64,000 nt of DNA from Malacoraja senta (lineage: Eukaryota): the NCBI GenBank assembly GCA_038087875.1, contig CM076001.1:932001-996000 (forward strand), read 5' to 3'. Made by a program: the position numbers and the translations under genes. Every line of letters starts with the position of its first letter. The stretch's first letter is position 1. This document shows, in pieces, positions 52,256 through 64,000 of the stretch. The notes under the pieces are model-generated. The model was not told the DNA's origin. It saw only the letters and a program-made list of their open reading frames with translations, and did not search any database.

Positions 52256-53899
52256 TGGATTTTTAGAACTTACAACCATGTCCTCGGCATTTGGGATTCC
52301 TCAAGTTATATTGAGGCGGCTCGAAGGGCCAAATGGCCTACTCCTGCACCTATTTTCTATGTTTCTATGTTTCTTTCTTCCAAGCCTCTACAGTTTGCAC
52401 AAATTTCACTTTCTCCTTTCCTGAGTTCTGGATTCACATTTTGCACTTCTCTAAGATCACTCACTCTCACTGACTCAACTGTTGCTACCATTGCTATTTT
52501 TCTATGCCTTTCAAAGACATCCTTTCTACAGCATTTTTATTTGTTAAAATATATTTTCCAATTTCCTTCCCATCTTGGCTTCATTTTAGTGTCAGCTGGT
52601 ACTTCACATATGAAATAGTAACTTTCCCCCATCATTGTTCCTGATTGCTTGACACATGATCCCATCGATTAAACTCCTTACTGACGATTAAATTCCTTGT
52701 CCCAACTGCCAGTTGGAACCCTTTTCTTCATATCGACCTCAGAATGTGAGACTTCTATATCTACCAAAGATTCAGCTTTTTTGCCCCAACTATTAAATCC
52801 GCAATCAACGTTTTAGTAATTGTTAAACGTTGAGTATAATAGTGCACTGTTAGAACTAAGCATTGATCAGAGGGTATGCAGCATTTCTGCTTAGTTTTAT
52901 CTCCTCCATTAGTTAATTGAATTCATTCCAGTTTGACTTATTACCCTCTTTAAGATTACAACCAGTCAGACTGTGGGATCCTGGTTTTCATTACGTAGTC
53001 CCACGGACTTGACTTTTTCATATTACTGCTATTGCTCTGGGCCTGTTTAAAGTCTGCAATTATCCAGGGTTTCATCTCCCATGCCTTTCTACTCTTCCTT
53101 CCTTCCATCTTGTCCCTGTCCTGTTAGTTTGCCTTTGCAAAATGTGTTCACTGGATACGATGCCTAGGTCTTCCAATGAAAATATGTCCTATTTTCATCA
53201 GAAGAATATTTACCGTAGGCAATTCTCTCTCCCTTGTGAGATTTTTTGGAATTATGGCCATTGATAAAGATGATCTCTTGTCAATTGCACCTGATTACAT
53301 ATTGCTACATCTATTAGCAAATGCTTCCCGCTGTTCCTCCATCCCCAGGATAGCATGTGCCGTGATCTGAAATGAATCACCTCATCTAAACCCACAAGCT
53401 TCACTCATGAGTTGTTTAGTGTTGGCCCAAATTATTGATGGGTGGGAAACCCAGTGCCATCCAGTAGCCCAGACATGGCCATCCAATCCACAGAAAAGCA
53501 AACATCTGGTTTTCTTACAATCATTAAAACCCAGTCTTCAATGCTAAACACAAAGAGCATCCTTCCACTTCTCCCTCTGAGGTTTTTAAAATCCCTTGCT
53601 GCTTTATTGATAAGGCAGAACGGGCCTCCTCATAATCCAACACCACTAGTTTCCCTTTACTCCTTCCCTTATTCTATTATTTCCTGTACCTTCCACAACT
53701 TCCTCTCTGCCTCCCATCCAATATATTCACTTTCTTCAATGCCAAAGCATGAACCGTTCATATATGTCGTCTACTGATGCCATTCAACCTCTTCTATGCT
53801 GAAAAATCAGCATGTGTTTTGGGTTCTTTGTGTTAGTCTCGTAGCATTGAATAAACTGCCTTTAGGTCACTGCATTCCAGAGATATTCAATTATTTCTT

Positions 53900-54470
53900 C
53901 CTAGTTTAGTTTAATTTATTGTCACTTGTACCAAGATACAGTGAAAAGCTTTTTTATTGCGTGCTATCCGGTCAGCAGAAAGACTGTACATGATTACAGA
54001 CTGTACATGAAAGACTGTACAAAGACTGTACATGTACAAGCCGTCCACATTGTGCAGATACAGGATAAAGGGAATAACATTTAGCGCACAAAGAAGTTCA
54101 GTAATATCTGATTAAGATACGAGGGTCTCCAATGAGGTAGATGGTAGCTCAGGGCTGCACTCTAGTTGGTGATAGGATGATTCAGTTGCCTGATAACAGC
54201 TGGGAAGAAACGTTCCCTGAATCTGGAAGTATGCATTTTCAAACTTGTGCACCTCTTGCCCATGGGGAGAGGTGAGAAAAGGAAGTGACCAGGGTGAGAT
54301 TCATTCTTGATCATGCTGGTGGCATTTTTAAGGCAGTGTGAATTGTAGATGGAGTCGATGGAAGGGAGGTTGGTTTGCCTAATGGTTTGCGCTACGTCCA
54401 CAACTCTGCAATTTCTTGGATGGATGCTGTGATGCATCCCGATAAAATGCTTTCCACGGCATTCCTGTTG
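53900..54470 (-). mobile_element. Rex1/Babar LINE 3' end
   Basis: LPSIDSIY...HPGHFLFSPLP...RFRERFFPAVIRQLN; 3' UTR tttattgtcac (+ strand) also at ~32570. Confidence 0.8.
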
Positions 54471-55029
54471 TTGGGGTATACTGAACTTCCCAGGTCCTTG
54501 TTCTCTACCCCGTTTCCTGTGGTAGTCAATATATGCGTTGCGAACCAAAAGTTTGTCCTTCAAAGTAGTGGTGGTGACATCTCTCCATTGTTTTCTTGGC
54601 TTCTCTCTGCAGTCTAGTCTCCAGCAATTTTCCCATAAAAATCACTGTTCCTGCATTGTTTTCGTGGTTGGTGCTTTGATTATTGCCATGCAAAGGTGTT
54701 TTGCTGGGAAAGGTTTAGGATTTATCAGTATTGGGTCTTCACTCCTGCAATTATTTTCAAATACTTTGACAGTGAATCCAGAAATGGTGGAACCATAGTT
54801 TTTTTACTTCTCTGTGGATGTGTGAATCTTGTAAACAGCTAGACTATTGTGGTTTAGAGGAGCAAGGTCAGTTTTAAACAACAAACATTTATCATTGTGT
54901 AGTATGATTAACCTAGTTATTTCTTTGGGTTGTGGTGAAGTCAAACTTGTTTGCTTCTGTATGAATAGTTCCTCTGGGATTTCCTTCCGTTCATAGTGTG
55001 CTTTAAGTGTTAAATTTAAAGCTCTTCAT

Positions 55030-55262
55030 CATCAGAGAACCCAGGTTCAATCCTGACCTCGGGTGCTGTCTGTGTGGAGTTTGGGTTTCCCCCGGGTGCT
55101 TCAGTTTCCTCCCAAATCTCAAAGATGGTGAGTTTGTAGATTAATTGGCATCAGTAAATTGCCCCTAGTGTGTAGGGAGTGGAAAAGTGGGGTAACATAA
55201 AACTAGTGTGAACGGGTGATCCATGGTCAGCCCTGTTTCCGTGCTGTATCTATAAATTAAAT
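55030..55262 (+). mobile_element. V-SINE (5'-clipped)
   Basis: ggttcaatcctgacctcggg, V-domain, tail ctgtttccgtgctgtatct. Confidence 0.8.
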
Positions 55263-55424
55263 TAATCCTTTGAATTTATCCTGGGTCAGGGATTTGCTTT
55301 TATGAGTTAAGAAATAGAGCTTTATTTAAGACTAGACCAAGTGTAGACCCGTTGGGTCAGTTCCCGCAACGCGCGGTTGCAAGGGGGGGAGGCCTGACGT
55401 TATTGCGCCATGCCACACGCTAGG

Positions 55425-55552
55425 CGTACGCCGTCAAGACGCTGCGTACGACGTCAAGACGCTGCGTACGACGTCAAGACGCTGTGTACGACGTCAAGTG
55501 GCTGCGTACGCCCGTCAAGACGCTGCGTACACCCGTCGATACGCTGCGTATG
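55425..55552. repeat. 20-bp CpG-rich tandem repeat (~6 copies)
   Basis: acgtcaagacgctgcgtacg unit. Confidence 0.9.
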
Positions 55553-55893
55553 CCCTCAATGCGCCTGCAGCCCGACAGGCCGTTGACGCACGGGATTTTC
55601 AGACAGTGCAAGCCAGCGAGGACGGCAAAAAGCAGCGGAGGGAGCAGGCGATCTTTGGCTTCGACCAGCATGACAGAGCCGGGCCGGGGTGGGGGGGGGG
55701 GAAGTGGAGGAAGTAAAAGTGAGTGAGTGGGGGGGGGGGGGGGGGAAGGATTTTATTAAAAATGTGTACAGAAAAATGATGGAATTTAATGAGTGGATAA
55801 GTGAATGTAAAAGTGAAATCGCTAGCGAAATGGTAAAAATCTCGGCGTTTCAGCGTCTGCTTTTGGCGGAGTAACGAATCAAAGGCCAAAAAT

Positions 55894-55936
55894 CACACAC
55901 ACAATCTCTCACACACACACGCACACGCACGCGCGT

Positions 55937-56003
<67 letters not shown>

Positions 56004-56005
56004 AA

Positions 56006-56098
<93 letters not shown>
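55894..56098. repeat. (CA)n microsatellite
   Basis: direct. Confidence 0.95.
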
Positions 56099-56100
<2 letters not shown>

Positions 56101-56734
56101 ACTTTTAAAAGTATACTAGACCAAGTGCAGACCCGTTGGGTCTGGACCCCGAACGTGCTTCAGCGTCTTGACGGCGTAGACACAGAGGACGGCGAAAAGC
56201 AGAGGGGGAAGAGCCGATGTTTGGCTTGAGCCAGCGTGAGAGAGCCGGCCTGGCGGGGGGGGGGGGGGGGGGAGGATGGATTTTATTTAAAAATGTGTAC
56301 ATAAAAACGTCTAATTCTAATAAGGAGTGTGTTAGGGTATGTAAAAGTGTAATGTCTAATTCTAATACACAGTGAACACAAAAATATCACCATTTAAGAA
56401 TGTGGACTAAAACTGGAACCATGGATTTTATTTAAAAATGTGTACATAAAAATGTCTAATTCTAATTGTGTAATTCTAATTGTGTAATGACACAAACACA
56501 CACACCCACACTTCCACGCACACACAGAGTTTTAATAGTATATAGATAGATTTCAGTGCATTATACACAGTGAACACAAAAATATCACCATTTAAGAATG
56601 TGGACTAAAACTGGAACCGTGAGAACGTATCGCTATTTACACAATTTTCTTTTTTTTTAATTCCAAAAATTCATTTTTTGGATACCTTATTTCTTTATCT
56701 CAAGTAAGAGTATGTAATTTACAATTTATTTTTT

Positions 56735-56961
56735 GTGTAAGAAGGAACTGCAGATGCCGGTTTGCTCTGAACATAGACACAAAATGCTGGAGTAATTCAG
56801 CGGGTCAGGCAGCATCTCTGGAGAAAAGAAATAGGTGACGTTTTGGGTCGGGACCCATCATCTCTCAGTCTGATGAAGGGTCTCGAGCTGAAACGTCACC
56901 TATTCCTTTTTGGCCAGAAATGCTGCCTGACCTGCTGAGTTACTCCAGCATTTTGTGTCTA
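56735..56961 (-). mobile_element. fold-back PLE-terminus element
   Basis: ~80-bp inverted arms; + strand CTGATGA 56870-56876, GAAACGTC 56890-56897. Confidence 0.85.
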
Positions 56962-57998
56962 CAATTTTTATGTGTTGGATATTATAAAGTCTAACAAAAA
57001 TGACTTCCAACATTTGGATTATTGAGCAAAATGTATTGAAACAAGTGGCCTTATTGAATATGTCAACTATCACATTGTTACAGACTTTAGTACAGGTGCA
57101 GATTAGGATAACTAAAAGCTGTGCTTAGTTACTGAATATAATTATGTAATATATAATGTCTGTGGTGTTATTTTTTAATCAAAGGATATGAATATATGAA
57201 AGACCAAACACCAACAGGAACAAAGACATTTCGACAGTATATACATTATGTGAATGTACTTTAAAATATTCAGCACTTTGATTTAACACATTATTTTTGC
57301 GTATCTGGACAGTACCAGCAGTATGCACATTTTCTTAATGTTGCAAAGAGGTTTTCACTTCCAAATGACATATTTCAAAAGCAAATTTATTAGAAAAAGG
57401 CAATACTTTTTTGTAGATTTACATTTCAGTTGTCAGTTTAAAAAGTGAGCTCCAGCCAAAGGCAAGTGTTATTCACACAATATGTCATTCAAACGTATTC
57501 AAACAGCATTTGGTTAATGTCAAATAACTTCTGTTGGCATCTTGAACGGTGGTAGATGATGCAGAAATGATTTCCATGAACTGTAATACATCTTAATCAT
57601 TTTTCTACAAGAAAAAACAGAGCAATTGCCAAATCTATTATTTTGTGTGTTGTTACATGGAATTACGTAGAATTATTGAGAATAGACAGGACCAAAATGT
57701 AATTCAGCCCATCATTCCAGAGGAATGTACGCACAACTTCTGCATCCTGACCTCCATTGTTTCTTATCTACCATCACCAGCATAACGCTCTATTCCTTCT
57801 TCCCCTTATGTATATCTGTACTATTTACCTTAATCTTCCTGTGGCTGTAGGCTCCACATTCTCATTACTTTCTGGATAAAGATTCCCTCCAATATGCCCA
57901 TTCAATTTAATTACCTTGTACCAAAGGCCTTTTAGTTTGGTTTAGTTGAGAGATATAGCATGGAATCAGGCCCTTCAGCCAACTGAGGCCTTATATAA

Positions 57999-60900
57999 AA
58001 GATGGCGGCGCCCTGTACGGCAGCAGCTACCCCAGCTCCCGATAGCGATGTGCGTTTTATGTTCAATATGTTGTCTGTACTGTCACAGTCTTGTGCGAGA
58101 GTAGTCTATAACAGAACTACTCTACTTGGACTAAGAAACTTTAACCTTTCTGGAGTTACACTGGCTTTGGAACCCGAGGCACTCTGCGATCTAGGCATCC
58201 TACACCGGCAAGACACAGGGGCCTGCAAGGCAGCGGACACTCCTCCCATCACAGGTCGGCACTGGAGGCGACACGCGCGGCATGTGAGACCTAGCTTGCT
58301 GCACAAGCGGTGTGCTAGACCTAGCAAGCGGGGCAGCCGAGCGGGTATCAGCGCCAGGCTAAAAGCTAACCCCTACAGATCTGCACTTCCTTCTATTCTG
58401 CTATCCAACGTTCGTTCGCTGGAAAACAAAATGGACTACCTTAGACTGGATTTAACTACACAAAGAAAGGTCAGAGACTGCAACGCCATCATCCTCACAG
58501 AGACGTGGCTCAACAACTCCGTTTCGGACAATGCCATTCAGCTGGATGGACTAACATCATTCCGGGCGGACAGGAGTCATACTCTCAGCGGTAAATCTCG
58601 GGGGGGTGGTGTATGCATTTTCATCAATAACAACTGGTGTACAAACGCCAAAACTGTGTCAAGCCACTGTTCTGAGGATATAGAATTTCTGACAATTAAA
58701 TGCCGACCATTCTACATGCCAAGGGAATTCACAGCCATCAACATCACAGCTGTGTACATTCCACCCAGTGCGAACACAAAGGACGCACTGTCTACATTGT
58801 ATCAGTCGATCAGCTCAATGCAAAACTCTAACCCGGACTCTGTCTACATAATCGCTGGCGATTTCAATCAGGCCAAACTGAAGACAGTACTACCACATTA
58901 TTACAAACATGTGAACTTTGCAACCAGGGGAAATAACATACTCGACCAAGTCTACACCAATATCAGACAGGCATTCAGAGCTGCTCCCCATCCCCACCTG
59001 GGGAACTCAGACCACCTCTCTGTTATGCTAATTCCAGCTTACAGACCTCTATTGACCAGGAACAAGCCGTCTGTGAAGCAGATCAGAGCATGGCCAGAGG
59101 GAGCCACCTCAGCTCTCAAAGACTGTTTCGACTGCACAGATTGGACCGTTTTTAGGGAGGCTGCCACTACCAACCATCATGTCAACTTGACGGAATACGC
59201 TGAATCTGTGACTGGATATATATTCAAATGCATGGAAGATGTGATCGTCATCAAAAACATCACCACGAGGGCCAACAACAAACCCTGGTTCACCAGGGCG
59301 GTACGTGAGCTCCTGAGAGCACGGAATTCTGCTTTCAAGTCCGGGGACAAAGACGCCCTTAGTACTGCTAGGTCCAACTTGAACCGGGGCGTGAGAACAG
59401 CCAAGCGTGTCTATGGACAGAAAATTCAAGCACACTTCACAGACACTAAGGACCCCAAGCGCCTGTGGCAAGGCATCCAGTCTGTCACCGGCTACAGGCC
59501 AACACCTCCACCATGCGAGGACAACATAGACTTCCTCAACACACTTAACACCTTCTTCAACCGGTTTGAGGAAGACAACACCACCACACCAACAAAAGCC
59601 CCTCCCTGCCCAGACCATGAAACACTTCACCTGGACCTAGCTGATGTGCGGAGGACCCTACTCAAGGTGAACCCCAGTAAAGCTGCAGGTCCTGACAACA
59701 TACCGGGGCGTGTGCTCAGAGACTGTGCTGACCAACTCACAGATGTTCTCACGGACATCTACAACACCTCTCTGAGCCAAGCCATCATACCAGCATGCTT
59801 CAAAGACACCACCATCATACCGCTACCCAAGAAATCACCAGCCTCAACACTGAACGACTACCGGCCCATAGCACTCACGTCCATCATGATGAAGTGCCTT
59901 GAAAGGTTGGTTAAGGCCCACATAACATCCAGTCTCCCCTCTACACTTGACCCATTCCAGTTTGCATACCGTCCCAACCGTTCCACTGATGATGCCATAG
60001 CAACAGTACTCCACCTAAGCCTGGCTCATCTGGAAAACAATAACAGTTACGTGCGGTTGCTGTTCATCGATTTCAGCTCCGCCTTCAACACAGTCATCCC
60101 CCAACACCTGGTGAAAAAACTCGGCGAAATAGGCATCAGCACCCCACTATGCAACTGGTTACTGGACTTCCTCACCGACAGACCACAGACAGTAAGAGTT
60201 GGCAAAAACTCATCAGAGACCACCATCATGAACACCGGGGTCCCACAGGGATGTGTGCTGAGCCCTCTGTTGTTCACGCTGATGACACATGACTGTTGTG
60301 CCAAACATAACTCGAACCACATCATCAAGTTCGCAGATGACACAACAGTGGTGGGCCTCATCAGCCACGATGACGACTCAGCCTACAGAGAGGAGGTACA
60401 ACAACTCATCAACTGGTGTGGCATCAATAACCTTCAACTCAATGTCAATAACACAAAATAAATAACTGTGGACTTCAGGAAGAAACAGACAGCACACACC
60501 CCACTCACCATAAATGGCAGTGCAGTGGAGTCTGTGAAAAGCACCAAGTTCCTGGGAGTACACATCACAGATGATCAGACATGGTCCACCAACACCATCT
60601 TCCTAGTCAAGAAAGCACAGCAACGCCTCCCTTCGACGGATGAGGAGAGCCAACCTCCCCCCTTCTGCCCTCACAACTTTTTACAGGGGTGCCATTGAGA
60701 GCATTCTTACCAGCAGTCTCTCAGTCTGGTATGGCAGTTGCTCTGCTGCTGACCAGAAGGCCCTACAGAGAGTGGTGAGGACAGCGGAGAAGATCACTAG
60801 ATCACCCCAACCAGCAATCCAGGACTTACCCATCTCGCTGTCGCAAGAGAGCAACCAATATCATCAAAGACACCACCCACCCAGCACACAAACTGTTCAC

Positions 60901-61288
60901 CCTCCTACCATCCGGCAAGCGCTACCGCAGCATGCGGAGCAAAACCACAAGATTCAAAAACAGCTTTTTCCCTCAGGCCATCAGACTACTCAACACACTC
61001 AAGAAAATTCCATGAACATTACACAAACAAAGACCAACTGACTGTCAAATTAACTTTAACCCAATGTCTGCAGTATGCTATTTGCACTTTTCTATATTGC
61101 ACCTTTTATTAATGAATATTTTATATAATGTATATGTCCATTGTCTATTTTTATTAGTATATTGTCTGTCTGTGTTATAAATATTACGTGCACATTAGAG
61201 TATGGGGAAACGCAATTTCAATCCTCTGTGTAACTACTTGTTGCATTATTTGAATTGACAATAAAGTTTCTATTACTACTATTACTAT
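57999..61288 (+). mobile_element. Rex1/Babar LINE, apparently full length
   Basis: single EN+RT ORF, AT-rich 3' UTR, aataaa plus (tac/tat)n tail; splits a reverse V-SINE (57932-57990 and 61289-61600). Confidence 0.93.
58002..61000 (+). pseudogene. Rex1 APE endonuclease-reverse transcriptase; 819 aa open, then a stop at 60459-60461 and frameshifts near 60628 and 60830
   Basis: NVRSLENK, TETWL, GDFN, SDH, DYRPIALT, GVPQGCVLSP, KFADD motifs. Confidence 0.92.
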
Positions 61289-61600
61289 ATCCTACACACA
61301 AGGTACGATTTACAGAAGCCAATTAACCAACAAACCAGCACGTCTTTAGAATGTGGGAGGAAACCGGAGCACCCGGAGAAAACCCACATGGTCACAGGGA
61401 GAATGTACAAACTCCATACAGAGAGCACCCATTGTCTGAAGAAGGGTTTCGGCCCAAAACGTTGCCTATTTCCTTCGCTCCATAGATGCTGCTGCACCCG
61501 CTGAGTTTCTCCAGCATTTTTGTGTACCCATTGTCAGGTTCGAAGCCAGGTCTCCAGTACTATAGGACAGCAACTCTACCGCTGTGCAGCTGTACCGCCC
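61289..61600 (-). mobile_element. V-SINE body (tail at 57932-57990), interrupted by Rex1 and a PLE-terminus insert
   Basis: gccaattaacc...tgtgggaggaaaccggagcacccggagaaaaccca...cagcaactctaccgctg. Confidence 0.85.
61434..61528 (+). mobile_element. solo PLE terminal repeat with 10-bp duplication
   Basis: near-exact reverse complement of 21796-21890; acccattgtc at 61427-61436 and 61526-61535. Confidence 0.88.
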
Positions 61601-63296
61601 ACAAGGAAATAAGGCGCCACCGTACCACCTTATTTCTGTTCTTCTTCAAAAATGTAAGCATTCTTTTTGTGTGCATTCCATCTGAATCTTCCCTAATTTA
61701 CCTTTCAGTGAACTCTCCTTGTACTCCTAGATCCCTTTGCTCTACAACACTCTCCAGGGCCCTACCATTCACTGTGAAGGTCCTGCCCCGGTTTGACTTC
61801 CCAAAATGTAACAACTTCTATGAATTAAAGACCATGAGTCATTTATCAGCCCACTTGCCCAACTGTTCAAGATCCCGCTTTAATCATCGCTAATCATCCT
61901 CCAATGGGCATGTGGGCTGTGTATTCAATTCTGGCAATCCTTTTACAACATTCTCCAATTTATCCCTCCCAGAACCATTCCTAGAATTTGTTAGCATTCT
62001 AACCCTCAAAGCAGTCATTTTGGATACATTTACAGTAAGTGGTGTCTATCCTAGATAATTGAGTTGGCATCCCGATTTAGTTAGTTTGATCAAACCAGAA
62101 GTTCCCAAGTGTGATAAGAGTATAGAGCTTCTAACATGCAGAAAATAACGTGTTCTAATAGTAAACACATTGTGATAAATCAGTTCATTCCCATTTATTT
62201 TGGCATTGGTTGCCATCACATTCTGAGTGGCGATGCGTGGCTAAAGAAATTGCCTACACGATAAATAAATACAAGCTTACATCTAACTAGTTGGTTCAGT
62301 CCACGACAATTAAAAAAAATGTAAATTACAAAAATACTGTATGTGATAGAATAAATTGTATTTATTTAGTACAATAAATATCATCATGCAAGGGAAAATA
62401 TTGTGTCTGAATTGCTCAGCTATTTCTTAAAGGCGGCTGAGTGGCATCTGAAAGCCTGTTTAGGCCTGGGATTATTTGAATGACAATATTACTGCTCAAA
62501 GAGTACTGCTTTAAAACAAGTTGACTATGTTTTTTATGGGAGTGCTAATTAGTAAATGGGCACATATGGTGCAATTCATTTAACTAATAGCTGCCTTTGA
62601 GGTTTAACAAAATTGCCATTCTCTCCTCCTTTCAGTTCCCCACCTGGGATCCTGAATGGTTTGAAATACTGAGTAATTATTGGTAATCATCTCACATCAT
62701 CAGTAACCGATTGTAAGGCTGTAATTAAATAATAAATGCTTCTGTGACTCATGCCCTTTATGTGGCAGTGCTCTGGGGACCAACTTTGCATAACAAAATA
62801 GCTGATTCCCAGTCAGTACCCTCCAGCAGTAGTCTTGCTGTAGTCTGTTATGCAGCCCACTTCTGCTCTGAAGTATAAAACAAAATGCTCTAAATCCTTT
62901 CCAGATATTATGTTGACTCATCTGTAAGTAGAACTAAGTGGTTGTCCTCATCCTGAAATAATGTCTGCCAAACCTACTTACAGCTTTCCAGCTGCCTTCA
63001 TTACTTAGTCCAAGGAACTAATTTTCTGGGGTTAATAATATAAGCAGGCTGCAGCACACTATTCCTTTAATCAAAATCCATACTAGTACTACCAAAAGTC
63101 ACTGAATGCAGAGCCTTGGAAGGCATTGTTTTCCTTGTCTGGGCCAGCGTCCTGCAACTACAATTGCTGTACATCTCAGATAATCCTGGAATTGTACCTC
63201 ACTGCCATGGTGTATGGGAGCACACACCCATAATAGTAAAGGCTGAAAATGCTGGAAGTATTCTGGCCACATCTGAGGGCAGAGAAACAGAGTGAA

Positions 63297-63507
63297 TGTG
63301 TTGGAAGGAACTGCAGATGCTGGTTTACACTGAAGATAGACACAAAATGCTGGAGTAACTCAGCAAGACAAGCAGTATTTTTGGATAGAAGGAATAGGTG
63401 ACGTTTCGGGTTAAGTCTCAAGGAGGGTCTCGACCCAAAACATCACCCATTCCGTCTATCCAGAGATGCTGCCTGTGCCGCTGAGTTACTCCAGCATTTT
63501 GTGTCTT
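63297..63507 (-). mobile_element. fold-back PLE-terminus element with perfect 13-bp TSD, nested in an older PLE-terminus repeat (~63243-63620)
   Basis: TSD gaaacagagtgaa at 63284-63296 and 63508-63520; inverted arms. Confidence 0.88.
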
Positions 63508-64000
63508 GAAACAGAGTGAACATTTTTGGTCAAAGACAAAAGGGTTTTCCAATAGATGTGGCATGACATGCTAAGCACTCCTGTTTTTATTTTAAACTTT
63601 CAGCATCTGCAGTCTTTTGAGCACAGATATGAAGAACAGTTCCAAAAGTACCAGGGATTACTTTGGTTGCAGTAGGTGACAATACTGGTTATATATGAGC
63701 CGACTGCCTCCAGTTGAAATATTCCATTTTATTTATTTTTGGATTGATTTGACCAAGTGAGAGCATATTCAAAATCTAAATACCTGTGAAGCAGTAAACT
63801 GGAACAGCCTGATGATAATACATCAATGGCTAATCATAAATGATCTAAATGAATAAACATATGTCATGTTCAACACTGTAGTTCCCTGCACATCACGCAT
63901 TGTCCCCTTGGATATTCAGACTGAGATCTGAAGCATGCTTAGTGCCTGGTGTGTATTCTATGTGGTAATTACCTCCAACAAATGCCTGTGGCCACACTAG

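Larger units (their letters stand above)
55332..56550 (-). mobile_element. two head-to-tail non-autonomous Helitron-like units (56116-56550, 55332-56115)
   Basis: reverse 5' end A|TCTATCTATATACT at 56550; two 3' ends gacccaacgggtc-t(a/g)cacttggt-CTAG|T at 56116 and 55332. Confidence 0.8.

Noticed and set aside
55425..55552. 20-bp repeats as a CRISPR array
   Set aside because: Contiguous tandem units without spacers, no cas genes, eukaryotic context.
55850..56098. Cys/Val repeat ORFs
   Set aside because: Translation of the (CA)n microsatellite.
56735..56961. Fold-back repeats as MITEs or miRNA genes
   Set aside because: Asymmetric arms, variable long TSDs in sister copies and similarity to the PLE terminus indicate retrotransposed PLE ends.

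Overview
Eukaryotic, repeat-dense DNA with no complete host gene, most likely from a cartilaginous fish (skate/ray/shark). That assignment is inferred from HE1-like tRNA-derived V-SINEs and HER1/CR1 LINEs that share a 3' tail. Recognisable elements: three large CR1 LINE copies plus many fragments; a near-full-length Rex1/Babar LINE; two Penelope-like (PLE, Neptune-type) fragments; a complete DD34E Tc1 (Passport-like); a 724-bp non-autonomous hAT; L2/Crack, RTE, Vingi-like and Gypsy remnants; about 11 V-SINEs; and a 200-N gap. Two things stand out. (1) Three loci (four units) of non-autonomous Helitron-like elements carry cargo. One contains what looks like the first coding exon of ALG13 with its splice donor, and another contains a copy of its own flanking DNA. 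(2) About 10 short, often fold-back insertions derive from the PLE terminal repeat, carry a minimal hammerhead-ribozyme-like core (CUGANGA...GAAAC-GUH), and in several cases have 10-15 bp target-site duplications. All calls were made by eye; no database searches were run.
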